Shown: positions 39,478 to 50,523 of the stretch, piece by piece
Layout of the letters: every line of letters begins with the position of its first letter
How positions within the stretch are numbered: the stretch's first letter is position 1
Notes under the pieces: model-generated
Told to the model about the DNA's origin: nothing
Database searches by the model: none
What the model saw: only the letters and a program-made list of their open reading frames with translations
Translations under genes and position numbers: made by a program
Assembly (NCBI GenBank): GCA_033238685.1
Contig: BRZM01000010.1
Location: 3,760,405 to 3,824,404, forward strand
Length of the DNA stretch: 64,000 bases
Direction: 5' to 3'
Source: Lates japonicus
Taxonomy: Eukaryota

Positions 39478-40081
39478 ATGAAAACTTCTGTAAGCATGAC
39501 AAACTTCAGTACTCCCCCCCCCACATTCACCTGTCAATGCCACAACCATACAACCAGAGGATAACAGTGTTGTGAGCAATGACTTCTCCACAGCCTTGGG
39601 CGCCCTCATCCTCGGCTTGGTCTTCCTCCTGGGCGTCCCTGGCAACTTCTTCATCGTCTGGAGCATCCTGGCACGCATCCGACGACGCTCAGTCACCGCC
39701 ATCCTCATCCTCAACCTGGCATTTGCCGATGGCTTCCTCATGATCCTCACCATCTTCTTCATCGTCTACCTCGCCAGGCAGACGTGGGACTTTGGCAACG
39801 CCATGTGCAAAGGCCTGTTCTACCTGTGCAACGCCAACATGTACGCATCCATCTTTCTCATCACACTGATGAGTGTGCACAGGCTGGTGGTTGTGGTGCT
39901 TCCAAGAAGAGTGAGCAGGATGGCCAACAGGAAGCTTGTGAGGAGGGTGCTCGTAGGCATGTGGGTGCTGGTGATGGTCATTGCTATCCCCTCGCTTGTT
40001 TTTCGGAACGTGAGAGAGGACAATGCTGAAATGAACACCGACAGACTGGTGTGTGCGCCCAATCACACCGAGGCTCGACAT
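39478..40081 (+). CDS. ltb4r: ltb4r coding exon 1 (leukotriene B4 receptor, TM1-TM4/ECL2); ATG 39478 is in frame 1 but the receptor body is in frame 2, because of a C9 tract at 39514-39522
   Basis: Translation from 39572 onwards, ...GVPGNFFIVWSILARIRRRSVTAILILNLAFADGF...MYASIFLITLMSVHRL..., aligns to human LTB4R [36 protein letters not shown]...SMYASVLLITAMSLDRS. A textbook acceptor (tttgtctcttgccctcag) lies immediately before ATG 39478. The exon ends at CAT|GTAAGT. The start-codon frame is inconsistent as assembled. Confidence 0.75.
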
Positions 40082-40924
40082 GTAAGTAGGCTTAAAAACT
40101 CTTTGTTTAAAAACCCCTCACAGTTTCCTGAAGCCCATCAAATCATTTGCTTTGTCCGACCAAATGCACAAAAACCCCAGAAGATAACTGAACCTCTGGA
40201 GCTCTCTGCCAGCATAGACGAAGAGTTTGATGAATTTGAACTTCTTAACTCATGATTTGAACTACAATTCAACAACAAGTCTGTGTGCTGATGATGATCA
40301 TTAGATATAATCAGAAGCTCCAGAAGAGGTAGAAAACTGACCTTACGTTGAGACTCTTTTCATAAACCTGCAGTGGTAGCCTAAAGGTTAGAGATGCAAA
40401 TTTGTCAGTCCAATCCCCAGACCAGCAGGGTAAATCTGGGGTGGGGAAAGTTACCACCACTGAAGTTGCTTTGAGCAAGGACCTTAAACCCAATCGCTTC
40501 AGTGAAACTGTCTGCTCTGTACTGGGAAGCTTCCATGTGTCAATGTGTCACGTACAAATGTGATCAGGGCGCTCCTGCAAAAGAAAGACTTCCTCTTAGT
40601 AAAACTACCATGAATAAATAAAGGTTTAAAAATAGGAAGAAGAAGAAACAAGTTGTGATCACACTGACAAATCATCACTGTTTAAGTCGATATTTAAATA
40701 GCTATTTATTTACACATCCTGAACTTAATGCAGAGCAACATTAGGCTGGGCTAGCATCCAAACCCTTCCAGATTGTCTCATTTAAAACCATCTACAACCA
40801 CTAATTTCAGCTCTACTCTTGTCTTGTCCTGCCTTGTTTTGACAGATCCATTCATACCTACTGAAGCCCACGCAATCATTACACATCTGTTTTTTTTTTT
40901 TTTTTGTTATCCTCCCACATGCAG

Positions 40925-41125
40925 GTACGTTTTCAGTATGCCTTTGAGACAGTGGTGGGATTCATTCTTCCTTATGCAATCATCATAACCAGTTACATCC
41001 TCATCCTGAGACGCCTGAGGCAAACCAAGTTCCGGCGAAATGTCCGCAGTGAGAAACTCATCCTGGCCATTGTGGTGATGTTCGGCGCTTTCTGGTTGCC
41101 GTACCACATCATCAACATGATACAG
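40925..41125 (+). CDS. ltb4r: ltb4r coding exon 2 (TM5-TM6: VRFQYAFETVVGFILPYAIIITSYILILRRLRQTKFRRNVRSEKLILAIVVMFGAFWLPYHIINMIQ)
   Basis: Aligns to human HLIFEAVTGFLLPFLAVVASYSDIGRRLQARRFRRSRRTGRLVVLIILTFAAFWLPYHVVNLAE. Bounded by acceptor cacatgcag and donor CAG|GTGTGT, phase 0 at both ends. Confidence 0.85.
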
Positions 41126-41618
41126 GTGTGTGGGGGCATGTTGATGGTATTATTTATGATCACATGGAATCTGCTCACATTTCTGCTTTTAGATCAATGA
41201 TGTGACCTTTTGAACGAACACAGTGTTTTGTTTTGTCCAAGGTTGCGGCTGAGTGGTACTCAGAAGGATCAGACACAAAACGAATGTGAGTAAGAAAAGA
41301 TTTTCTCACAAAAATCTCAAACACAAATATTTTCACTGACATTTGGTAGCTTTAATTTACCAAAGATTCACAAAACAATGCTCTGAAAGGTTGTGACATT
41401 AGGTTTTACCCAGTGGTTTTACCTAATGTCACATATGGAGGAAACTGATGGATTTCCACGCATTGGTTGAGACTGACATGCACTGTTATTGAACAATTTT
41501 TTTTTCTTATAAATACAAATGCAGACAAGATTATCCTTCTTAGATGAAATACCGAGATGTTTGAATATAACTTTAATTTCATGTTTTGCAATCCCTAAAT
41601 GTAACACGTTAGTTATAG

Positions 41619-41915
41619 CTGTGGTCTAAAATGTCTAGTCGTCTGTTTATCTGCAGATTGGACAAGATCTCTACATCCAGTCGTGCAGTGACCTCAGCTC
41701 TGGCCTTCATCAGCAGCTGTGCCAATCCTGTCCTCTACACCTTCGCTGGAAAGTCCTACATAAAGCAGAATGGCTTCGCCTTCATGGCTAAGCTCTTTGA
41801 GGGCATATCAGTGGACCAAACAGGAAACAAAAAGAGTCGGGGCATCAGTAAAGACAATGTGGGAACCAGTCTTGTTGACTCCGCAAACAGCACTGGACAA
41901 AATGGGAGATGAACA
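41619..41915 (+). CDS. ltb4r: ltb4r coding exon 3 (TM7 with NPxxY motif ANPVLY and the C-terminal tail; stop TGA 41913-41915)
   Basis: LWSKMSSRLFICRLDKISTSSRAVTSALAFISSCANPVLYTFAGKSYIKQNGFAFMAKLFEG... aligns to human ...RNVLIALAFLSSSVNPVLYACAGGGLLRSAGVGFVAKLLEG. The acceptor gttagttatag at 41618 gives exactly the 26-residue spacing seen in human between NLAE and ALAF. Confidence 0.8.
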
Positions 41916-43185
41916 TCGAATGAAACATGCCAAACTACATGTGGCATGTGTAACTTTTGGTTGAAGCAACATTTGAACCTGACTTTTCTGTTCTTAAAAA
42001 AAAAAACAAACTCAAAGCACCAGCTTAGAGCTGAACATTAAGTATTTTGTTTTGTAGATAGAATGTGCTGAAATATAAGTTTGACTGGAAGTCAGTGGTA
42101 CAACCACAAGAAATGATATTGTTTGTTCCTGACCTGTAAATACTCTCTTGTACATTTATATTTTATTACATTTCATGGCAGTTAAAAAGAACACACAATT
42201 TACAATTATTAATAACTACAAAATAATGACAACATACAGTACTGTATCTACTTGCGGAGAAATTCCACTGTGAGAAAAACACAAACTTTAATTCTTTATC
42301 GGGTAACTACTTACTTCAAGCCTCCTTATACATTATCTAGAAGCAGTACATAAACATTTCATAAAAGCTTTATAGCACACTATAATGTTGTTTTACACAG
42401 CTGTTATCTGTTTTAGGGATTTATTCATGTACAGTATTTGTCCACGGTTCTGTTTTCATTACAACTATGTTTTACTTTGTTATTTTCTGTTCATGCAGCA
42501 GTCTCCAACTTAAAGGTAGTTGACAAATACATTAATGAACACTTAAACTGGCTCATTACATGTGTTCTAAAACACTAAATTATGCACTGCTAAAAAATTT
42601 TAAGGAGCTCAACTGCATCATCTGTGTAAATTCCCATTTAAGGCTGAAGAGATTACTGAACCACATTTATCCATGCTTATCCAGTTTGCAGTATTGCATC
42701 ATAAACACACTCTAAATACATCAGTATGAACAGGGGACTTTATATGGAAAACTTAAATCCACTCTATTTGTTTAGAGCAGACCACTTTACCCTCTTTGAA
42801 ATGTCTGGAGCTGGACTCTTGACTTGTAAAAGCTCTGAACCAACTTTATGGACAGACTGCTCCCAGTTTTCTTCTAAACTGGGCTAGTGTTCAAAACAAG
42901 AACATAAATGAAACCATGTAGCTCAAACTCTTAACCGTTTTATTTACATTTTAGTTTGTCAATTACATTTTTAAGTTTGATCACATATCAATTTGATTTT
43001 GTTTCACTTTTTGTAGTGTGGGATTTTTGAAAATACAATGACAACATTTTGAATTTGCACAATGTAAATCTCAGCTTCAGCTTCCAGTCAGTTTTAACAG
43101 TTATCCACTGATGCATTGTACTATAAAAAGTTGTAACATCTTTTTAAATATTTTATATTTTTGAATGCATGTTATTTTATTGCTG

Positions 43186-43191
43186 AATAAA
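43186..43191 (+). terminator. AATAAA poly(A) signal, probable ltb4r 3' end (3'UTR ~1.3 kb)
   Basis: gctgAATAAAggc. No other plus-strand gene lies nearby. Confidence 0.4.
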
Positions 43192-44429
43192 GGCAGACAT
43201 TTAGTGGTAGTTGTGATTTTTTTTTAAAAGAAAAAAAAAGTCAAAGTCTCACTGCGCCATTTCTTTGACTTTGTAACCAATATCCAAATATTGATGAACA
43301 TATATTCTGCACTCAACTTTACAACCTCTACATTGACAAAAAACAGAAAAAGGACACATTGTACACACTTTAACACCTTTATTATTTGGCTTTATTAACA
43401 GTGTATCACAGTTCACTCCATGTCACAAGACGACACTACAGTGGCCACTTCAGGTACACCTGTGCCAGCTCCACGGTAATATCTACCTTTAAAAAGTTTC
43501 AAACATTGATCATAAAAGCAGAACAGCTGTGCCTTAATTGGACAGTGTATTTAAAAAAGAAATTTAGACTTCAAACATGTACATAGATTATAAAGACTAT
43601 GGGTTTTAAACTGACATCTGTGAACAAGGTAATAAAAATTAATTTTCAACTTTAACCTTTTAATTTACCAAATCCCAAACTGGGGACGATCCAGCAGTGG
43701 TCTCAGTTTGAGCTGTGATCCCATTACCTGTAAAAAGTAAACAAGGTGAAACCTCAGTAAACCTATAAGTATAATTCACCACAATTTACCAGAACCACAA
43801 ACTACAGCCTGCAAACATTTTACTAAAACAGTCATGAAGGGAGGATTTATTTATATATGTAGAAAACATGAATACATAGACTTAATAAACTTAAAGCTGA
43901 TTGTACAGTGTTGGATATTGTGACCTGATCAAGAAGACAGATACTGACCTCATTTTGTTAAGCTATATCCAGGCCAGGCTCTGAAATAAAGAAAACATGA
44001 CCAGTTAGTTTAAACTTGCAACATGATAAGCACTTCACTAGTATCGGTTATGTCAAACCCATCAGTGCAGTGAAAGAATAATCATGAGGTTCAGGTGAAA
44101 CACGGACTCACATGCAACTCATCATTGAGGTTTGACTGTATAAATGTGACTTTATGTTCTTAACAGAACTTTCAAAAAGGTTGATCTGCATCAGAGGAGA
44201 TGTAGGTTTAAAACAGGTGTAAATTATGCTGGGAAATATCACAAAGATTGCACTCAATTGCCAGTTTATTAGGTACACCAGCAAAAACAAATGCAGTCTA
44301 ATAGCTGTACCTAATAAACTGGCAAGTGTAAAATGATTGTTCTAAAACGTGCATTAGAATTGAGGCCTGTGAGCTGTGCATATAACTTATTTAATAATAA
44401 ACCATTTCTAATCACAATTCATGCATAAA

Positions 44430-45080
44430 TGCAAGTGTATTTACTCAAAAACTAATGGGGTATTATTGAGGTACCTGTACTTTACTGGAGTATTTTCTTT
44501 TTCTTCTGCTTTATACTTACTCTACTAGTAAGAGTATTTTTTACTCTTTATTCCATTCTTTGATAACTTGCAAATTCAGATTAATAAAATGTCACTTAAA
44601 TTATGGTGCATCATTATTGTTATGAGTTAACTTTATTGATCCCCATTGAAGGAATTTATAAGCTTTCCAGCAGTATATAAAGTAAAACTTAAGGATAAAT
44701 CAAAATAGTCTGATTTTTCTGATTGAAAAGGGATTTAATTCTCAAATGGTCCATATTCTGCAGCCATGATACTACAACCACAGCTGCCAATTACTCTGCA
44801 GAAACAATGTGCTGCACCAGTGGTTTGGCTTGCAACCCCCTTCAGTTTGGGGCCTTTGTCACATGTTTCAGATGCCTGTGAGTTAATACTCCACTACAGA
44901 GACATTTCTGCTCAACTTCTCTAATCGTTTTAAGATCCAAAGAGGAGGTGAAATTCTCCCATTATCGTAACAAATGCAAATAAAAGTACCTAAAATTGTA
45001 CTTGAGTGCAGCAGCTGAGTAAATGTTTTAGTCTTTTTCCACGAGTGAAAGTAAATTATTTTTTAAAAAGGGAGCTTATA
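44430..45080. mobile_element. Interspersed repeat copy of the same family (gaggtacctgtactttactggagtattttc ... aaagtacctaaaattgtacttgagtgcagcagctgagtaaatgtttt)
   Basis: Shares 12-20-nt motifs with the 10905-11110 copy. Located in the ltb4r-sdr39u1 intergenic region. Confidence 0.35.
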
Positions 45081-45330
45081 AAGCCAACACACCTGGGGGT
45101 GCATTAAGATACTAATTTCAATCCAAATGCACCGTTCACTCGGACGCAGCCTTTTAATTTCCAGCTGTAAGCAGCTCATTTGTTAGTCACCATGAGGTCG
45201 CTGCAGCAGCGGAGCTAACAATGATAATCTGTGCGGAAACAACCGCAACAAACAACAGCCACCGGCAGGCACATAACTACACCAGCTGCATGTTAACAAT
45301 GTAATCTGATACAAAACCGTAAACACGTAC

Positions 45331-45395
45331 CGTGGATGTGGGGTAAAAACACGTGGTGGCTTTCGTCTCTCCGCCGAAACACGACCGACCTCCAT
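45331..45395 (-). CDS. Orphan first-exon-like ORF in a CpG-rich segment (MEVGRVSAERRKPPRVFTPHPR|GTACGT), unassigned
   Basis: gcggtgATGG Kozak context. The ORF terminates at a consensus donor CACG|GTACGT. The surrounding region 45300-45520 is CpG-rich. No downstream exons identified. Confidence 0.2.
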
Positions 45396-46229
45396 CACCG
45401 CAACAAGGAAGAAAGAGGCCGTTAATGAGACTGAGGCGCAATTTATCTCTTTATCAAAACCACGTGTTTGCTGCTGTCCGCCGTCACTAAACAGCTTCCA
45501 GAAAGCTTCCGGGTCTGACTGCTGCAGAATAAATGAGCTAATATAACACTGAGGAATAAACATGCAGCAGAAACTGCATCTGATTGTCAGAGCATTTTAA
45601 TTCCAGTCTCTATGGAGGTATTAGTAAATAATTATAAAAGTTACATCGACAAATTCACGGGCATCATTCAGCAGCCAGTGGAGCATCGTTGTGCATTCAG
45701 ACTACACTAATAAATAATAAAATAAAACAATAATATAACAAAATTTATCAAATAAAACATAAAATAAACAGAAATTACACGATTGTTCCGGGGACCCTGA
45801 CTGTTCTGTTATTGTCCTCTATATTCACCCTTTTTTGAATTTATTTATTTTTGCTGTTCCTCCTCCGCCTTTTATATTTGTCGTATATCTCGTTTGTAAC
45901 GTTTTGTTTGGTTCTGACATTAAATTAGCAGCTGAATTTAACAAATGTAATTGCTTTTTTATTCATGTATTGAAACCAATAAACAAATGGGACATAAATG
46001 TATCATTGTATATGTGAAAATAACCCATTTAAATGATTGGATATACAAAAAAAAAAAACATTGAGATAAACCATTATTAAAACCACTATTCTCTAAATGC
46101 ACACTCATGACTTAAATAAGTAAATAATAACAGATAACTGTATAGATAACGGCTGCTGTGTTTAAATAAACCCGTGATTGAACGCCACCTGTAAAACAGG
46201 TTCCCACAGACAGAGCTCCGTTTGAACTA

Positions 46230-46396
46230 CAAAATGACGTAACTGCTGGATGAAGTACGGAACGCCGATTGGTCCAAAAATGCTCAAACCAACTCATTGA
46301 CAGACACAAGACAGAGCGGTGCAGTCAGAGACAAACGTTGTAACGTGCTGCGACGTTCAGTTATTTAATTCAGAAGTGGACTGAAATTTGGTAACC
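46230..46396 (+). promoter_or_regulatory. sdr39u1 core promoter: CRE-like TGACGTAA (~46235) and inverted CCAAT box ccgATTGGtcc (~46265) upstream of ATG 46397
   Basis: These motifs were read directly from the sequence, 130-160 nt upstream of the start codon. Confidence 0.4.
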
Positions 46397-46412
46397 ATGA
46401 GAGTCCTGATAG
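46397..46412 (+). CDS. sdr39u1: sdr39u1 coding exon 1 (MRVLI + first nt of G)
   Basis: ATG AGA GTC CTG ATA G|GTATGT. Human SDR39U1 begins MRVLVGGG. Confidence 0.75.
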
Positions 46413-46924
46413 GTATGTACGGTTTTAAAGAATTATATGTTTTTCTTTAAATGCTCGGAAAGGTCAATGTGACATAACGCTACCAGCTAGCTGTTAGCTG
46501 CCGTAGTTATAAAGGCATAAACTAAGTCAAGTTACGTGTGCATTATGTTCGTCCAGAAAATTACAAAAAGGTCGCGTGTCCGCTGTGTGATTAAACCTAG
46601 GAAACTGTCACTGTGTGGTTTAATTGTTACACAAAAACAAGTTTGCTCAACTAATGCACAGGAGTCCTGTTTTGTAAGCATGCATACTACGCATGCGCAC
46701 TACTCTGGCTATCCTGTGCCTTCAATGTGACAACACTTAAAGTTTATTCACATTTAATTATATACTGATGGGTATTTCTGTGATAATAGCCATTCCGTTT
46801 ATACCAGTGAGGATAGGTTTAGTAACAGAAACACCTCTCTGTTAAATGCAGTTTTACAGCACTGCTAGATTCTCTGTGGTTCATCTGTTTATTTGTTTAT
46901 TTTTCTATATTGTCTTCCTTGTAG

Positions 46925-47031
46925 GAGGGGGATCTGGGTTTGTGGGCCGTGAGCTGACTCGCCTGCTCAGAGACAAAGGTCACGAGGTTACAGTAATATC
47001 TCGCCAGTCTGGTCCAGGGAAAATAACATGG
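46925..47031 (+). CDS. sdr39u1: sdr39u1 exon 2 (Rossmann GxxGxxG: GGGSGFVGRELTRLLRDKGHEVTVISRQSGPGKITW)
   Basis: Aligns to human GGGTGFIGTALTQLLNARGHEVTLVSRKPGPGRITW. Bounded by acceptor ccttgtag and donor TGG|GTATGA. Confidence 0.9.
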
Positions 47032-47250
47032 GTATGATCTTTGTTTAAGTCAGAGGAATAGTAAAGGGTGGGGAACAGGGTTGGTTTAAGAGCACCTGAT
47101 TCATCTCAGCTACCGGTTACCATTATGCTGAAACACTGTGATTTTAACTGACTCTCCCCTTTCCACCATATTGCAAATCACTGTGCTTGTCTCTAAAAAT
47201 CTAATATCATGAATTAACTCCTGTACTTTTCCTTTTCTGTGCTTCTGCAG

Positions 47251-47333
47251 AGTGAGTTGGAGTCTTGTGGCCTCCCACCATGTGAGGGCGCAGTAAACTT
47301 GGCTGGAGAGAATCTCATGAACCCGCTACGATG
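47251..47333 (+). CDS. sdr39u1: sdr39u1 exon 3 (SELESCGLPPCEGAVNLAGENLMNPLRW)
   Basis: Aligns to human DELAASGLPSCDAAVNLAGENILNPLRRW. Bounded by acceptor ttctgcag and donor TG|GTAAGC. Confidence 0.85.
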
Positions 47334-47566
47334 GTAAGCAGCGAATAAACTAAGTCAACAACTGACAATCTTTGTATCATTTTCTCAGCTTATCAATTAA
47401 TCTTCTTATTTATAAAATTTCAGAAAATAGTGAAAAATGTCCATTGTAACTAACACAAATAAACCAAATGTAGTGGTCAATTAACTGTGCAGCTGTGGGT
47501 ACTTTGCCAGCTGTTTTAACGAAGCTGGAGCTTAACCTATTGATCTGTTTTTATTTGTGGTTTCAG

Positions 47567-47688
47567 GTGGAACGAAAGCTACAAAAAAGATTTGTTCTCC
47601 AGTCGCATTGACACGACAAAAGCTCTGGCTCAAGCCATTGCTGCATCCCCCAGTCCCCCTCACTCCTGGGTGCTGGTATCAGGTGTAG
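47567..47688 (+). CDS. sdr39u1: sdr39u1 exon 4 (WNESYKKDLFSSRIDTTKALAQAIAASPSPPHSWVLVSGV)
   Basis: Aligns to human WNETFQKEVIGSRLETTQLLAKAITKAPQPPKAWVLVTGV. Bounded by acceptor tttcag and donor G|GTAAGT. Confidence 0.85.
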
Positions 47689-47808
47689 GTAAGTCTCTGC
47701 CCAATGTCAAAACTTTAAAATTCTCATATGCTGCTTGGGTTGAGGCTTATTATATGAATATACAGATAGACAAAATATATTTCTTTTCTTTGCTTTTCAT
47801 GTCCACAG

Positions 47809-47961
47809 CTTGTTACAAACCCAGTCTGACAGCTGAGTATACAGAAGACAGTGAATGGACACCATTTGACCTCCTTTCCAAACTCGTCAAAGAGTGGGAG
47901 GCCTCAGCACTTCTTCCTGAGAATGTGGTGAAAACCACCAAACAAGTCGTCATCAGGCCTG
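47809..47961 (+). CDS. sdr39u1: sdr39u1 exon 5 (ACYKPSLTAEYTEDSEWTPFDLLSKLVKEWEASALLPENVVKTTKQVVIRPG)
   Basis: Aligns to human AYYQPSLTAEYDEDSPGGDFDFFSNLVTKWEAAARLPGDSTRQVVVRSG. Bounded by acceptor gtccacag and donor G|GTACGT. Confidence 0.85.
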
Positions 47962-48263
47962 GTACGTAAAACTGCATATTTCACCTTAAATTACAGACAA
48001 AAATTCTGCAATTTGAGGAGGTAAAAATTGCCCAGACTTCCTGCCGGACAGTAAGACTTGGTTTTGATCAGTACATACAAATAATTTTACTGTATCTTGC
48101 AAAAAGTAGGGATTAAAAAAATAAAAATTATGTGATAAAATGCAGTTTGTATCATATAGTGAAATAAATTCAGCTGAAATAAATTGTTATAGTTGATAGT
48201 ATGAGCACCCAAACACAATCACATCCCTTTTTTGACATTCCCTGTTCTTCCTCCCTCCACCAG

Positions 48264-48694
48264 GGGCAGTGCTGGGTCGCGATGGTGGTGCCATGAAGCA
48301 AATGCTGCTGCCCTTCTGGCTCGGCCTCGGGGGCACTCTGGGGTCAGGCAGACAGCCTTTCCCTTGGATCCACGTCTCGGACCTGGCAGGGATCATTGCC
48401 CAGGCCTTGGAGCCACCTACCGACACTCCGTCCCCTTCACAGCAAGTGTTTAATGGGGTTGCTCCTGCGCTGAACACCAACTATGAGTTCACTAAAGAAT
48501 TGGGCCGGGTTCTGAGGCGGCCCACCATTTTACCTGTGCCAGGCTTTGTCATGAACACCCTGATGGGCTCTGAGAGGGCTGTGGTCCTCACACAGGGTCA
48601 GAAAGTCATACCAAAGAGGACTTTAGAGGCTGGATTTCAGTACAAGTACCCGGACTTGACCTCAGCCCTGAAGGAGATTGCTGGGAATTAACAG
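48264..48694 (+). CDS. sdr39u1: sdr39u1 terminal exon (AVLGRDGGAMKQMLLPFWLGLGG...QKVIPKRTLEAGFQYKYPDLTSALKEIAGN; stop TAA 48692-48694)
   Basis: Aligns to human [36 protein letters not shown]...EGQKVIPQRTLATGYQYSFPELGAALKEIVA. Acceptor ctccaccag. Confidence 0.9.
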
Positions 48695-49328
48695 ATTTTG
48701 GAAGAATGTGTGCTGGCCTTCATATGTACTGTATCATGTATGGAATCATTAGTGTCAAAAATAACAACTGAACAAGAACTCAGGATCATAAACAGGTAGA
48801 TGACACATTGCTGTAAATCCCATTCTTCAGATCTGTGGACTGCTTGGAAGATGTTTATGAATCAGGTTTTACAAACTGCTTCTCTAAACTTTGATCAGTA
48901 CACCCATAGTGTAATCATTCCTCCATAAACACATTGATTTAAACAACAGGAAGTAACTATGACAATTAGTGGTTCTTTTGAATTTTGAAGTCCCTCACTA
49001 AAAGAATGATATTTATTCAGATGGTCTCTTGGGTTGACTTTTTCAAGTTCACATTAAGATCCAAAACTGCAGCATGTTTTTTTTAGATAAAAAAACTGAC
49101 TATGGTTTATTGAAGGTGGGGCACAGTAAGCTGGGTAAAGTACAGCAAAAAACAACTATGACTTTTTATTGAAGTAATCTCGGTAACCACTCAATGAGTC
49201 AGTCCTTTATCAGTTCCCTTAAGGAAATGCTGAACTAACAGCTGATGAGTCCTTGGACGGCCGTGTTATTTCAGTTTCATGGGAGTATTTCATTAATCTG
49301 AAAAATGTGTCTCTTCCCGGCTGAATCA

Positions 49329-49431
49329 TCACTCTGAACCACTCTGCTCATCCTCCTCCTCTTCCTCGACTTTCTGAATGATCGGCAGTCGATCTCCCCA
49401 GTTGCTGCTTCGAGCACAGCGGTAAATGTCT
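49329..49431 (-). CDS. mettl17: mettl17 terminal exon (DIYRCARSSNWGDRLPIIQKVEEEEEDEQSGSE; stop at 49329-49331)
   Basis: Aligns to human METTL17 C-terminus DLYRCARVSSWGDLLPV. Acceptor tttcatcag. A minus-strand AATAAA equivalent lies at ~49163-49169. Confidence 0.8.
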
Positions 49432-49665
49432 CTGATGAAAGAAAATGAAACACAATGTGTGAGTAGGGAGCTAAAATACCCTCCCCCGCCTTCCCAAAAT
49501 ATTTCAGACTTCCCTCCAACCCTCCTGTCCCTTTTCTGACCCCTCATCACCAGTAATGTTCATACTGTCCCTTAGCAGTTCTGGAACAACATAAATGAAA
49601 CCCAAGCTTTAAAAATGATGCTGCTGCTGATGGGTTTGACAGGATGTGTGATGCAGGACTTGTAC

Positions 49666-49862
49666 CTGCTGTGTTTCCGAGCAGTCACCACCATGTGTTG
49701 CAGCTGTCCATCAGGACAGCACATCTGACAGTGGACATGTCGCGTTCTGCGCAGCACCGGTGAGATCAGCCGGGCCCAGTCCAAACCTTCTGTTTCTGCC
49801 TCCACTTGTCCATTCCGAGTCAGAATCAAGTAGCTGAACTTCTCCGTCTGACAGTTATTGTG
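49666..49862 (-). CDS. mettl17: mettl17 exon (HNNCQTEKFSYLILTRNGQVEAETEGLDWARLISPVLRRTRHVHCQMCCPDGQLQHMVVTARKHS)
   Basis: Aligns to human ...[36 protein letters not shown]. Bounded by acceptor ttttttttcag and donor AG|GTACAA. Coordinates are +/-1. Confidence 0.8.
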
Positions 49863-50329
49863 CTGAAAAAAAAAGCTTGATATGAAATCTGTCTTTTTAA
49901 AAGTTAATAACATATTCATAGAATTAGTTTTTATTTTCTGCCTTCTGTCAGTAACTGATATAAAACAAATGCTCTTGTGTACAGTAAATAATGTGTTTTA
50001 CACAGAAAGGTCAGCATAAGCAGTGATGATAACATGGCTGAGCAAAGAAAACTGCTCTACCTACAGATGCTTTACACTGACTGACTACTTGACAAATTTA
50101 AGTACGAAAGTAAGAGAAGAATGTCATGCTATAATCCTAATTCAAGTTTAAAAAGCTCAATAAACTGATGTGACACAATATATCACATCTATAATATTTT
50201 TCAGGTGGGTATATCAGCTATTCTGTCAAACTTTTATTTTCCAGGGTCAAGAATGAACTTTCATGCTTGAGTAACTAATATTTGCTTTTAAAAAGTGACA
50301 CATGGCTGTGATCCAGAGTTGAGTCTTAC

Positions 50330-50422
50330 CCCGGGCAGAGGCAGAGGGTGGTACTGCTGCTGGAAGTTGCAGGGAACGGTCAGCCATCCAGCCAGTTTAG
50401 GACAAGTCAGCTCATGTGGACA
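50330..50422 (-). CDS. mettl17: mettl17 exon (CPHELTCPKLAGWLTVPCNFQQQYHPLPLPG)
   Basis: Aligns to human [28 protein letters not shown]. Bounded by acceptor tttttag and donor GGG|GTAAGA. Confidence 0.75.
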
Positions 50423-50523
50423 CTAAAAAACCCAAACAAAAAAGAGAAAAGATCCAATAAATCTGTGACACTCGACTGGAGTTACGGCATGATATTTTAA
50501 AACTAGCTGGGATTTAAACGTAC

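Noticed and set aside
39454-40081. Minus-strand ORFs 39454..39762 (102 aa, Arg/Met-rich), 39689..40081 and 39820..40062 antisense to ltb4r exon 1
   Set aside because: These are antisense translations of a codon-biased GPCR exon, with low-complexity basic composition and no homology. They were useful only to confirm the C9 tract length.
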